In this document: piece after piece, positions 10,062 through 19,076 of the stretch
How the letters are laid out: the number at the start of each line of letters is the position of its first letter
How positions within the stretch are numbered: the stretch's first letter is position 1
NCBI GenBank assembly: GCA_900766185.1
Contig: CAAFUL010000085.1
Location: forward strand, 65,465 to 129,464
Direction: 5' to 3'
Source: an uncultured Johnsonella sp.
GTDB lineage: Bacteria; Bacillota; Clostridia; Lachnospirales; Lachnospiraceae
Length of the DNA: 64,000 nt
Notes under the pieces: generated by a model
Seen by the model: the letters and a program-made list of their open reading frames with translations, nothing else
Databases searched by the model: none
What the model was told of the DNA's origin: nothing
Made by a program: the position numbers and the translations under genes

Positions 10062-10118
10062 ATAGGGAAAGAGTTACCATAAAGTAAGGAATATTCAAAT
10101 TTTGAGGAGGTAATCATA

Positions 10119-10433
10119 GTGAATGAATTTAATGAATTTGTTCGTGAGGCTTTTTCCGCAGCAGGTGATATTGTCATAAAATCCATGATGGGCGGATATC
10201 TTGTATACCTCAATGGCAGACTGATAGGTGATATTTGTGATAATGAACTGTTTCTGAAAAGAACGCCGACAGCTGATAAACTTCTTGCAGACTCTGAATT
10301 GCGTTATCCTTATGAAGGTTCAAAAACATTGATGCATGTATTCGACAGATTTGAGGATACGGATTTGATTACAGAACTACTGGAAGGTATGTATACGGAA
10401 CTGCCCGAAAAGAAACCCAAGAAAACTAAATGA
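10119..10433 (+). CDS. TfoX N-terminal-domain-like protein (104 aa)
   Basis: Motif KSMMGGYLVYLNGRLIGDICDNELFLK resembles the TfoX_N consensus (MGGYGLY..G..F..I....LYLK). RBS gaggagg. Confidence 0.5.
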   Translation: MNEFNEFVREAFSAAGDIVIKSMMGGYLVYLNGRLIGDICDNELFLKRTPTADKLLADSELRYPYEGSKTLMHVFDRFEDTDLITELLEGMYTELPEKKPKKTK

Positions 10434-10575
10434 GACAGACAAGCTTCAGTTTGTTGAACTTAGCAAGTTATAAGTTTATATGAGATGAAACCTATAAAAC
10501 TTGTACGAATATTGTAGGGTAGGAAAAGAAATATTCCTCTATACTAAAATAAACTCAAGGAAAGGGGGAAGCGAA

Positions 10576-11418
10576 GTGAATATTATCAAGTCGTTTAACA
10601 ATACGATTGATTATCTTGAAACAGTTCTTGATGATAAAATTGATGAAAAGAAAATAACTCAATTATCAGGATACTCTTATTCAATGTTCAGTCGCTTGTT
10701 TTCTATTCTAACCGAAACAACGCTCTCAGAATATTTAAGAAGCAGAAGATTAACAGAAGCTGCCTTTATATTAAGAGATACGGATGAAAAGATAATTGAT
10801 GTTGCCTTCAAATTTGGATATGAGTCATCAGATTCGTTTGGAACAGCTTTTAAGAATTTTCATGGATTTACTCCTTCAGAGGTAAGAAATGGGAAACCGT
10901 TTAAATTGGTATCACGAGTTCAATTAGCACTCAGTGTAAGAGGAGGAAGAAGTATGAATATTACAATTCAAAAGAAAAAAGCATTTACAGTTGCAGGTGT
11001 AAATGAACAAAACATCAGTTCATTGCAATGTCCGAGTATCTGGGGTAAGCTGTATGAAAAATATAGCCATGATGAACTTGCAAGTTTGGGAAACGGTCAA
11101 AATGTGGGTGTTTGTCATGATGTGGAAAACCCAAGTACAATAAACTATATGGCAGGCTATATTGTTATTGATGCAGAGAAAGCAAAAAGTATGGGATTAG
11201 ATGTTTTGGAAGTTGAAGAAGCAGAGTATGCCGTTGTAGAGTTAACAGGATCTGTTCCGGAGTGTATTCATAAGGGGTGGAAATATGCGATGGAAGTATT
11301 CTTTCCCGAGCATGGATATGTCCATTCAGGAAAACCCGACTTTGAATATTATTACGAAGGTGATATGGATAGCAAGGACTATAAAATGGAACTTTGGATT
11401 CCGATAACTAAAGCTTAA
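10576..11418 (+). CDS. AraC-family transcriptional regulator with a C-terminal GyrI-like effector-binding domain
   Basis: AraC-type HTH pair (LSGYSYSMFSRLF...SDSFGTAFKNFHGFTPSEVR), then a ~150-aa GyrI-like/Rob-C-like domain. Start chosen at the GTG (10576) preceded by aaagggggaa. The ORF track begins upstream at 10501. Confidence 0.75.
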   Translation: MNIIKSFNNTIDYLETVLDDKIDEKKITQLSGYSYSMFSRLFSILTETTLSEYLRSRRLTEAAFILRDTDEKIIDVAFKFGYESSDSFGTAFKNFHGFTPSEVRNGKPFKLVSRVQLALSVRGGRSMNITIQKKKAFTVAGVNEQNISSLQCPSIWGKLYEKYSHDELASLGNGQNVGVCHDVENPSTINYMAGYIVIDAEKAKSMGLDVLEVEEAEYAVVELTGSVPECIHKGWKYAMEVFFPEHGYVHSGKPDFEYYYEGDMDSKDYKMELWIPITKA

Positions 11419-11665
11419 AAACAGTTTGTCGAGCTGAATAAAACTGAATATCTGAATATATGTGACGATAGAAAGTAAAACATCTATCGTCTTTTCTTAT
11501 GCAAAAAATTAAAAAGAGTGGTGGTGTAAGAATTGGAATTTGATTATTTTCTATAACAGTGAATAAGGGAGATAAGTAGTACTATCATGATTTGAAAAAT
11601 ATTTCATAATATGACAATAGATATCAGGTTATTGTGATATAATAAATATAGGAGATGTTAAGACG

Positions 11666-12565
11666 ATGAAAGATAATAGGCTATTTAGGATACTGTATTA
11701 TATTTTAGAAAAAGGAAAAGTTACAGCAAGCGAACTTGCAGATAAATTTGAGGTATCAGTCAGAACAATTTATAGGGATATTGACTCTATCAGCAGTGCA
11801 GGTATTCCCATTTATGCGTTGCAAGGAAAGGGTGGCGGAATAGAAATTGCTGAAGATTTTGTTCTTAGTAAATCACTACTTTCTGAAAATGAAAAACAGC
11901 AAATTATGTCAGCTCTTAAGGGATTGGATAATACCGCAATACAGCATGAAAATGAGCTTCTAACAAAACTTTCCGCACTCTTTAAGATGAAAAGTACCAA
12001 CTGGATAGAAGTTGATTTTAATAATTGGCAAAACAATAAGCTGTATGAAAAAGCTTTTGACGGTATCAAATCCGCAATTTTGAGTAAAAACATTATTTCA
12101 TTCACATATTTTAGCAGCAATGAAAAAGAAACAAGCAGAAGTGTTAAACCTGTGAGATTACTTTTCAAGAGTCAAGACTGGTATCTATATGCTTTCTGTT
12201 TACTCAGAAATGATTTTAGATATTTCAAGTTATCTCGGATAAAGAATTTAGAGATTCATACTGAAAAGTTTAATGACAGCTTTGAAGATGTAATTCTAAA
12301 AAAAGAAATGCCACACGAGAATACAGTGCATATAAAAGTTAAGTTTGACCGTAAAGTTGCTTTCAGAGTATATGATGAATTAAACAAAGAAATCACTGAA
12401 GATGATGAAGGAAATTTATATTCTGAAATAGAAATACCAAATGATTATAACCTATACAATTATATTTTTTCTTTCGGGGATGGAGCAGAAGTATTGGAGC
12501 CTAAAGAGATACGAATACGGATTAAAGAAATAATAAATAAAATGGCAGAAAAATATATAACTTGA
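11666..12565 (+). CDS. YafY-family transcriptional regulator (HTH_11 - WYL - WCX architecture)
   Basis: N-terminal DeoR/HTH_11-like helix (ASELADKFEVSVRTIYRDIDSISSAGIPI). Central WYL motif (QDWYLYAFCLLRNDFRYFKLSRI). C-terminal extension. RBS taggagatg. Confidence 0.8.
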   Translation: MKDNRLFRILYYILEKGKVTASELADKFEVSVRTIYRDIDSISSAGIPIYALQGKGGGIEIAEDFVLSKSLLSENEKQQIMSALKGLDNTAIQHENELLTKLSALFKMKSTNWIEVDFNNWQNNKLYEKAFDGIKSAILSKNIISFTYFSSNEKETSRSVKPVRLLFKSQDWYLYAFCLLRNDFRYFKLSRIKNLEIHTEKFNDSFEDVILKKEMPHENTVHIKVKFDRKVAFRVYDELNKEITEDDEGNLYSEIEIPNDYNLYNYIFSFGDGAEVLEPKEIRIRIKEIINKMAEKYIT

Positions 12566-12628
12566 CAAAAGGTGTCAAGTATCCTCCTGTATAATAAAAT
12601 CAACCAAATGTTAAGGGAGGATTGGATA

Positions 12629-13243
12629 ATGAAATATGAATGGAGAAAACAAGAAAAAAAATTTTATGGTGTAAAGCAAATACCTATCATTGTAGAAGTG
12701 CCAAAGCAAAAATTTATTTTGGTAAAGGGTAAAGGAAATCCGAATGAAGTAGATTTCTCAGACAGAATATCAGCATTATATGCTCTTGCCTATGCCATTA
12801 AAATGTTGTTTAAAAATGCAATGAAAAATAAAACTGATAACGAGATCACGGATTTTACGGTATATCCATTAGAGGGCTTTTGGAAAAAAGCAAAAGGAGA
12901 AGTGCTTGATAAAAATAAACTGGAATACACATTGATGATCAAGCAACCTGATTTTATTACTCAAGAGATATTCACAGAGGCACTTGAGAATATAAAAAAG
13001 AAAAAGCCAAACTCATTGTATGATGAGATGAGTTTTAGAGAAATAGAAGAGGGTAAAGCCATCCGGATTTTACATGTTGGAAGTTATGATGATGAGCCAA
13101 AATCATTTGAACAGATGAATGAATTTGCAAGAAAACTTGATCTTACAAGAATAGGTGATTCCCATAAAGAAATATACCTAAGTAATAAAAATAGGACATC
13201 TGAAGAAAAACAAAAAACCATATTAAGTTATTCAGTGAAATAG
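12629..13243 (+). CDS. GyrI-like small-molecule-binding domain protein (204 aa from the internal ATG)
   Basis: Two-repeat GyrI-like beta-alpha-beta pattern in the size range of YtkR7/C10R6-type proteins. Start chosen at ATG 12629 with RBS aagggagg. The ORF track starts at 12572. Confidence 0.55.
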   Translation: MKYEWRKQEKKFYGVKQIPIIVEVPKQKFILVKGKGNPNEVDFSDRISALYALAYAIKMLFKNAMKNKTDNEITDFTVYPLEGFWKKAKGEVLDKNKLEYTLMIKQPDFITQEIFTEALENIKKKKPNSLYDEMSFREIEEGKAIRILHVGSYDDEPKSFEQMNEFARKLDLTRIGDSHKEIYLSNKNRTSEEKQKTILSYSVK

Positions 13244-13255
13244 GAGGAATTTGTT

Positions 13256-13798
13256 ATGCCAAGACCAAGGACAAAAAATGATTTATTGACTGCTGCCAAA
13301 GAAAACTATGAAAAGTTAAATTTATCGATTTTACAGATGACCGGGGAAGAGTTAAATACAGCGTTTGATTTTTCAAAAGATGAGAAGAAAAAAGAAGCTC
13401 ATTGGAAAAGAGATAAGAATCTAAGAGATATTTTAATCCATCTCTATGAATGGCATCAGCTTATTTTGAATTGGGTATATGCTAATCAAAAGGGAGAAGA
13501 AAAACCATTTTTGCCCGAGCCGTATAACTGGAAAACTTATGGAAATATGAATGTAGAATTTTGGAAGAAACATCAAAATACTTCTCTTGAAGATGCAAGT
13601 AAAATGTTTCATAAATCCCATAGTGATGTTTTAGAATTGGCTGAAAAATTTACAAGTGAAGAATTGTTTTCCAAAGGCGTCTATAAGTGGACAGCAGGTA
13701 GTACACTGGGTTCCTATTTTGCGAGTGTCACTGCAAGCCATTATGATTGGGCGATGAAAAAGTTAAAAGCTCATCGGAAAAATTGTAAATCAAAATAA
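13256..13798 (+). CDS. ClbS/DfsB-family four-helix-bundle protein (DUF1706)
   Basis: 180 aa with the family hallmark KNLRDILIHLYEWHQLILNWV and the C-terminal HYDWAMKKL. RBS taggaggaa. Confidence 0.7.
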   Translation: MPRPRTKNDLLTAAKENYEKLNLSILQMTGEELNTAFDFSKDEKKKEAHWKRDKNLRDILIHLYEWHQLILNWVYANQKGEEKPFLPEPYNWKTYGNMNVEFWKKHQNTSLEDASKMFHKSHSDVLELAEKFTSEELFSKGVYKWTAGSTLGSYFASVTASHYDWAMKKLKAHRKNCKSK

Positions 13799-14119
13799 TT
13801 GGAATAGGATATTAAAGTGCATTTTACAAAAGAAAAAGGACTACTATCTTCAAAGAATGGAATAATTATGATAAAATTTTTAAAAACTTTCAGATTGGAG
13901 AATTATCGAAGGTAGAAGTATTTTAACAAATTACGAATTGAACAAATGATTTTTTGGATTATATGGAAAGTAATTTAGAGAGGATGAATTGAGAATTTTT
14001 TTAATTATAAAGAATTAAGCGGAAGATAATAATGTTAAGGAAGTAAAAGCATTAAGCCGGATATAGAGAATTAACTAAAATAAATTCAGTCACAAATTCA
14101 CTAATTGAGAATAATAAAA

Positions 14120-14165
14120 CGACCATACATGAGTATCTCTAATTTTGTATGGTCGCTATTTTTTG
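14120..14165 (+). terminator. rho-independent terminator ending the WYL/GyrI-like/ClbS transcription unit
   Basis: cgaccatacatgagtatctctaattttgtatggtcg followed by ctattttttg. Confidence 0.55.
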
Positions 14166-14262
14166 TGACTGCTTGAAGATGTCGCTCAAAAAAGTTTTTA
14201 ATATACTCTCTAAGTGGAGGATTCTTTTAGAACTGTCCTTCTTTGAATAAAGCTACAAGGCT

Positions 14263-14290
14263 AAAACCCCCAAAAAAAAATCCGGATTTT
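14263..14290 (-). terminator. putative terminator for the minus-strand thioesterase gene
   Basis: Palindrome aaaatccggatttt followed by a U-run when read on the minus strand. Confidence 0.35.
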
Positions 14291-14342
14291 GGCACTAAAT
14301 ATAGTAAAGGTTCATATCTCTACAATGATAGGATAAAAAATA

Positions 14343-14741
14343 TTAAAGCTCCTTAGTTATATACATGGTCATTCTTGCGCTTGCTATATAGTCTTCCTCA
14401 GAATCTTTTATAATCACATCATTAACTACAGTTGTTCTGCCTTTATGTATGGTATTGCATATTACTCTAAGTTTTCCGACACCGGCAGGTTTTAGATAAT
14501 TTATAGTACCGTTTAGAGTTACATTGCTACACTCATAAGCGTAAGCACTCATGCCTGAGGCTATATCACAGAGTGTATACAAAACTCCGCCATGTACGCT
14601 GCCATATAAGTTTAGCATAGTTTCTGTTATTTCGACCTCAAGTTCACAATGTCCGGCTTCTATGGTTATTATTTGAATATTCTCAAATCCGCTTATGCTT
14701 TGTATATGATTTTTGATACCATTATAAATGTCTTCTCTCAT
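14343..14741 (-). CDS. PaaI-family hotdog-fold thioesterase
   Basis: 132 aa with the motif LNLYGSVHGGVLYTLCDIASGMSA, typical of the PaaI/YbgC 4HBT family. Confidence 0.7.
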   Translation of the reverse strand: MREDIYNGIKNHIQSISGFENIQIITIEAGHCELEVEITETMLNLYGSVHGGVLYTLCDIASGMSAYAYECSNVTLNGTINYLKPAGVGKLRVICNTIHKGRTTVVNDVIIKDSEEDYIASARMTMYITKEL

Positions 14742-14990
14742 TTCAAGTCTCCAGCTTTAAAAAATAGTTTAGCCTATAAGCACTCCGCCCTTCATATTAT
14801 CACAATAAAAATGATAAATAAAGATTAAAAGTACATTTACAGCGGAGTAGAAAGCACTAAGGATTTTTGTGATAAAAAAGAAACTAAAGCTCACTTATTC
14901 CAAAAACTTAAAAATTACCCCTTGTATATCAATTTATTATGTGTTATTATTAGCGGTAATTATGAAATAAGAAATTTGAAGGAGTGTAAT

Positions 14991-15227
14991 ATGCTTAATA
15001 CTATAGTTTCAGTTATCTATGTTATTATCTGTATATTCTTATCAGCTGTAGTGCTTTTGCAGGAGGGTAAATCCCAAGGATTAGGTGCTATAGGCGGTAT
15101 TGCAGATACATACTGGGGTAAGAATAAGGGTCGTTCCATGGAAGGAACACTTGAAAAATTAACAGCTTTTGCAGCAGGGGCATTTATAATTTTAGCATTT
15201 ATATTAAATCTTAATATTTTTAACTAG
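14991..15227 (+). CDS. secG: preprotein translocase subunit SecG
   Basis: About 79 aa from the internal ATG with RBS ggagtg. Two TM segments with the conserved LLQEGKSQGLG loop. Confidence 0.75.
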   Translation: MLNTIVSVIYVIICIFLSAVVLLQEGKSQGLGAIGGIADTYWGKNKGRSMEGTLEKLTAFAAGAFIILAFILNLNIFN

Positions 15228-15353
15228 ATTTAATATAGTTATCGTAGCATAATCTCTGCATAGCAAATAGTAATGTAAAGGTGGTTTTAGAAGCTGTCGT
15301 AGTATTGATTCTGCGGCAGCTTATTTTAATTAAAACAACAGGAGGCAGAACTT

Positions 15354-15818
15354 ATGGAAGATAAAAAAGCAATGAAAAAATTTGGAAAAATATTTATGGT
15401 TGTAGGATTCTTTTATATCATACTGGTCTTTGTAATATACTATTTTATAGTTAAAGAAACAGGTGAAACTCCTATGTTGGTATTCATATTGCAACTGTTA
15501 AATGGAGTTGGATTTTTTATAATGGGATTTACTATAAATATTATTAACAGTAGAAGAATGAAAGAGATAGATTATCTATTGGAAAATGGAGTTTGCCTGC
15601 GTGCAACTGTAGACAGCGTTACTATAGGAAATAACAGATTTAAGAATATTAAAAACAGAAAAGTTATATGCACTTACGAAGAGGGCGGACAAAAGTATAT
15701 ATTTAAAAGTGATAGCATATACAGACAAGTAGAAAATAATATTCATAAGGGAGACAGTATAAATGTTTATGCAAACCCTGAAGAATACAAGAAATACTAT
15801 GTATATGTAAAAGAATAA
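15354..15818 (+). CDS. hypothetical membrane protein (2 N-terminal TM helices plus a beta-rich C-terminal domain; DUF3592-like topology)
   Basis: Hydrophobic helices at aa 13-35 and 40-62. RBS aggaggcag. Confidence 0.4.
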   Translation: MEDKKAMKKFGKIFMVVGFFYIILVFVIYYFIVKETGETPMLVFILQLLNGVGFFIMGFTINIINSRRMKEIDYLLENGVCLRATVDSVTIGNNRFKNIKNRKVICTYEEGGQKYIFKSDSIYRQVENNIHKGDSINVYANPEEYKKYYVYVKE

Positions 15819-15995
15819 ATCCGGTATAAGTTCTTGACATTGGTATATGTGTAATATGTTAATTAGCAGCATATAGCCGATTTGAATAAGAACTATGATT
15901 TGAAATATTTTTTATTAAAAAAGGCTTATATTACTTATCCGGTTGATAAGTAATTAAGGTAAAATCTAATAGAGTGCATACAGGAAAGGTAACGA

Positions 15996-18137
15996 ATGAA
16001 TATAGATGAATTAAACAGAAGAAAAAAATTAATACTTGAACTTATGTCGGATCCGATATATACAGCTATGAAGATAAAAGAATTGGCTGTTTTTTTGGAC
16101 ATTCCCTTAAGTGCAAGACATGAGCTTAAGGCGGTATTGGAAGAACTGGTGTACGAAGGCAAGATCAAACTTTCTACCAACGGCAGATACAGTAAGATAA
16201 ATGTGGAAAGTTATGTAGGAGTCTACACTGCCAATGCCAGAGGCTTCGGTTTTGTAAAGGTTGAAGGACTTAAAGATGATATCTTTATACCTGCCGGAGA
16301 AGAAAAAAATGCCTTAAGCGGCGATACTGTTCGTGTGGAAGTAAATGTTTATACTAAGTTAAATAACATAGAGAGCGGCAGACGAACAGAGGGCAGTGTA
16401 AGTGAAGTCTTAACTCATGCCAATAAATATGTTGTAGGTATATATAAGAAAAATAAATCCTTCGGTTTTGTGCTTCCGGATAACCAAAAAATACTGAAGG
16501 ATATTTTTATACCTAAGGGCAAGGATAGATTTGCTAAAAATTTAGATAAGGTAGTTGCAGAAATATATGACTATGGGCATAAGAATAAAAAACCGGAGGC
16601 AAGGATAGTAGAAATACTCGGAAAGATGAATGAGCCGGGAGTAGATATACTTTCCATAGCAAAATCTTATGGACTTAGTATGGCATTTGAAAATGATACT
16701 CTAAATGAGGCAAAAAAAGTATCGGAGCAGGATATAAGCGAAGAGTACAAAAAAAGACTTGATCTTAGAGAAGAGGTCATAGTTACTATAGACTCGGAAG
16801 ATGCAAAAGACCTTGACGATGCTGTAAGCCTAAAGCATAACGGTAAAAACTTCGAGTTAGGAGTTCATATAGCGGATGTATCACATTATATAAAAGAAAA
16901 GGGGCTGCTTGATAAAGAGGCGTTAAAAAGAGGCACAAGTGTTTATTTGGTGGACAGGGTCATACCTATGTTTCCTGAAAGCATATCTAACGGTTGCTGT
17001 TCTCTTAATGCTTTGGAAGACAAGCTTACACTGTCTTGCATTATGGAAATAGACGATAAAGGCAGGGTAGTAAGCCACAAAATAGTAGAGAGCATAATTA
17101 ATGTTAATATGAGGATGGCTTATTCAGATGTTGCAAAAATCCTTAAAAATGATAATGCAGAAGGACTTTGCTTCTATGAGCCTTATGTAGACTTACTTAA
17201 AGATATGGAAAAACTTGCCGCTATCTTAAGAAAGAAAAGAGAAGCCCGTGGCTCTATAGACTTTGATATACCTGAAAGTAAGATCAGCTTGGATAAAAAC
17301 GGTAAGGTCATAGATGTAAAAGCCTATCAAAGAAATGTTGCTACTAATATCATAGAAGAATTTATGCTTATAACCAACGAAACTGTAGCACAGGAGTACT
17401 TTTGGCTGGAGCTGCCCTTTGTATACAGAGTACATGATAAGCCCGATCCTGATAAGATGAAGGAGCTTTCAATATTTATCAATAACTTCGGCTTTTCACT
17501 AAAGCCTCTTAATAACGAGATACACTCAAAGGAGCTTCAAAAATTACTTAACAAAATCAAAGATACTAACGAAGAAGCTTTAATAAGCCGTATAACTTTA
17601 AGAAATATGAAGCAGGCAAAGTACAGCCCTGATTGCAGCGAACACTTCGGTCTGGCTGCCAAGTACTATACGCATTTTACCTCGCCTATAAGGCGTTATC
17701 CCGACCTGCAAATACATAGAATAATAAAAGAGAATTTAAATTCCGGTATTTCGGATAGAAGGCTTAAACATTATGAAAATATACTGGAAGAAGTGTGTAA
17801 GCAGTCCTCACAGATGGAAAGAAGGGCTGATGAGGTTGAAAGAGAAACCAATAAATATAAAAAATGCGAATATATGCTGAAGTTTTTAGGCGACGAGTTT
17901 AGCGGAGTTATAAGCGGTGTCAATGCACACGGCATATATGTAGAGCTTGAAAATACTATAGAAGGCATGGTAAGATTATCCGACCTTAGAGATGATTACT
18001 ATGAATATATTGAAAAAGAATACGCCGTAGTAGGGGTGGCAAGCGGTAAAACCTATAAACTCGGGCAAAGGGTTGAGGTCTGTGTGGAAAGAGTGGATAA
18101 GCTTACAAAAACCATAGATTTTATAATGCTGAGTTAG
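15996..18137 (+). CDS. rnr: ribonuclease R
   Basis: 713 aa with N-terminal HTH/cold-shock domains, a central RNB catalytic domain and a C-terminal S1 domain. Canonical position between secG and smpB. Confidence 0.9.
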   Translation: MNIDELNRRKKLILELMSDPIYTAMKIKELAVFLDIPLSARHELKAVLEELVYEGKIKLSTNGRYSKINVESYVGVYTANARGFGFVKVEGLKDDIFIPAGEEKNALSGDTVRVEVNVYTKLNNIESGRRTEGSVSEVLTHANKYVVGIYKKNKSFGFVLPDNQKILKDIFIPKGKDRFAKNLDKVVAEIYDYGHKNKKPEARIVEILGKMNEPGVDILSIAKSYGLSMAFENDTLNEAKKVSEQDISEEYKKRLDLREEVIVTIDSEDAKDLDDAVSLKHNGKNFELGVHIADVSHYIKEKGLLDKEALKRGTSVYLVDRVIPMFPESISNGCCSLNALEDKLTLSCIMEIDDKGRVVSHKIVESIINVNMRMAYSDVAKILKNDNAEGLCFYEPYVDLLKDMEKLAAILRKKREARGSIDFDIPESKISLDKNGKVIDVKAYQRNVATNIIEEFMLITNETVAQEYFWLELPFVYRVHDKPDPDKMKELSIFINNFGFSLKPLNNEIHSKELQKLLNKIKDTNEEALISRITLRNMKQAKYSPDCSEHFGLAAKYYTHFTSPIRRYPDLQIHRIIKENLNSGISDRRLKHYENILEEVCKQSSQMERRADEVERETNKYKKCEYMLKFLGDEFSGVISGVNAHGIYVELENTIEGMVRLSDLRDDYYEYIEKEYAVVGVASGKTYKLGQRVEVCVERVDKLTKTIDFIMLS

Positions 18138-18216
18138 CGGATTATCATGAGAGTATGGAAGAGTAATGTATTTAAGAAAAGATGTAAGTTAGTACAGACA
18201 GAAAAAGAGGGGAAGT

Positions 18217-18675
18217 ATGGCAGAAGGTATAAAACTTATTGCAAACAATAAAAAAGCATACTTTGATTATTTTATATTGGAAAAATATGAAGCCGGCATA
18301 GAACTTTTCGGTACAGAGGTAAAGTCCGTAAGATTAGGGCATTGCTCGGTAAAGGAATCATTTGTCAGAATAGACAAGGCGCAGGTTTACATATACGGTA
18401 TGCATATAAGTCCTTATGAAAAGGGCAATATATTTAACAAAGATCCGCTGAGAGTAAGAAGGCTTTTATTACATAAAACGGAAATAATAAAACTTGCCTC
18501 AAAACTGAAAGAAAAGGGACTTACCCTAGTTCCTTTAAGAGTTTATTTTAAGAACAGCTTGGTTAAGGTTGAGCTTGGGCTGGCAAGGGGTAAGAAAAAT
18601 TATGATAAAAGAGACAGTATAGCTAAAAAGGATCAGCAAAGAGATATAGACAGATCATTAAAAAACATCAAGTAA
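18217..18675 (+). CDS. smpB: SsrA-binding protein SmpB
   Basis: 152 aa. [23 protein letters not shown]...GTEVKS is a near-consensus SmpB N-terminus. Confidence 0.9.
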   Translation: MAEGIKLIANNKKAYFDYFILEKYEAGIELFGTEVKSVRLGHCSVKESFVRIDKAQVYIYGMHISPYEKGNIFNKDPLRVRRLLLHKTEIIKLASKLKEKGLTLVPLRVYFKNSLVKVELGLARGKKNYDKRDSIAKKDQQRDIDRSLKNIK

Positions 18676-18681
18676 AAACAC

Positions 18682-18710
18682 TTGACAGCACAGTGCTGCT
18701 AGTGTATTAT
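18682..18710 (+). promoter_or_regulatory. sigma-A-type promoter for the ylxM-ffh operon
   Basis: TTGACA, then a 17-nt spacer, then TATTAT. Lies immediately upstream of ylxM. Confidence 0.45.
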
Positions 18711-18717
18711 ATTCGAG

Positions 18718-19065
18718 GTGTGTATGGAAAAATTTGTAACACAGGCACTTTTGTATGATTTTTATGGTGAACTTTTAACTGAGCATCAAAAGCGTATCTA
18801 TGAATTGGTTGTTTTGGAAGATTATTCTTATAGCGAGATAGCTAAGGATGAGGGAATATCCAGACAAAGCGTGCATGATATGATAAGAAGATGTGATGCC
18901 TTACTTGAAGGCTATGAAGAAAAGTTACAGCTTATTGCAAAGTTTCTAAAAACCAAAGAATTGGTGGGAAGGATCAAGACCTTATCAGGAGAGTATAACA
19001 GAAAAAAGGACAGTTCTTTAATATCCGAAATAGAAACTTTGGCTGATTTAATTATTGATTTATAG
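18718..19065 (+). CDS. ylxM: YlxM/p13-like putative DNA-binding protein (UPF0122), upstream partner of ffh
   Basis: About 113 aa with a sigma-70 region-4-like HTH (YSYSEIAKDEGISRQSVHDMIRR). Conserved ylxM-ffh arrangement. The true start may be the ATG at 18724. Confidence 0.7.
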   Translation: MCMEKFVTQALLYDFYGELLTEHQKRIYELVVLEDYSYSEIAKDEGISRQSVHDMIRRCDALLEGYEEKLQLIAKFLKTKELVGRIKTLSGEYNRKKDSSLISEIETLADLIIDL

Positions 19066-19076
19066 GAGATAAGTGT

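Noticed and set aside
18676-18720. Expected tmRNA (ssrA) gene immediately downstream of smpB
   Set aside because: Only 42 nt separate smpB from ylxM, and that gap is occupied by a promoter. No tag-peptide reading frame (…ALAA-stop) or tRNA-like acceptor or T-arm sequence was seen anywhere near by eye. It is therefore not annotated and is reported as a synteny observation instead.
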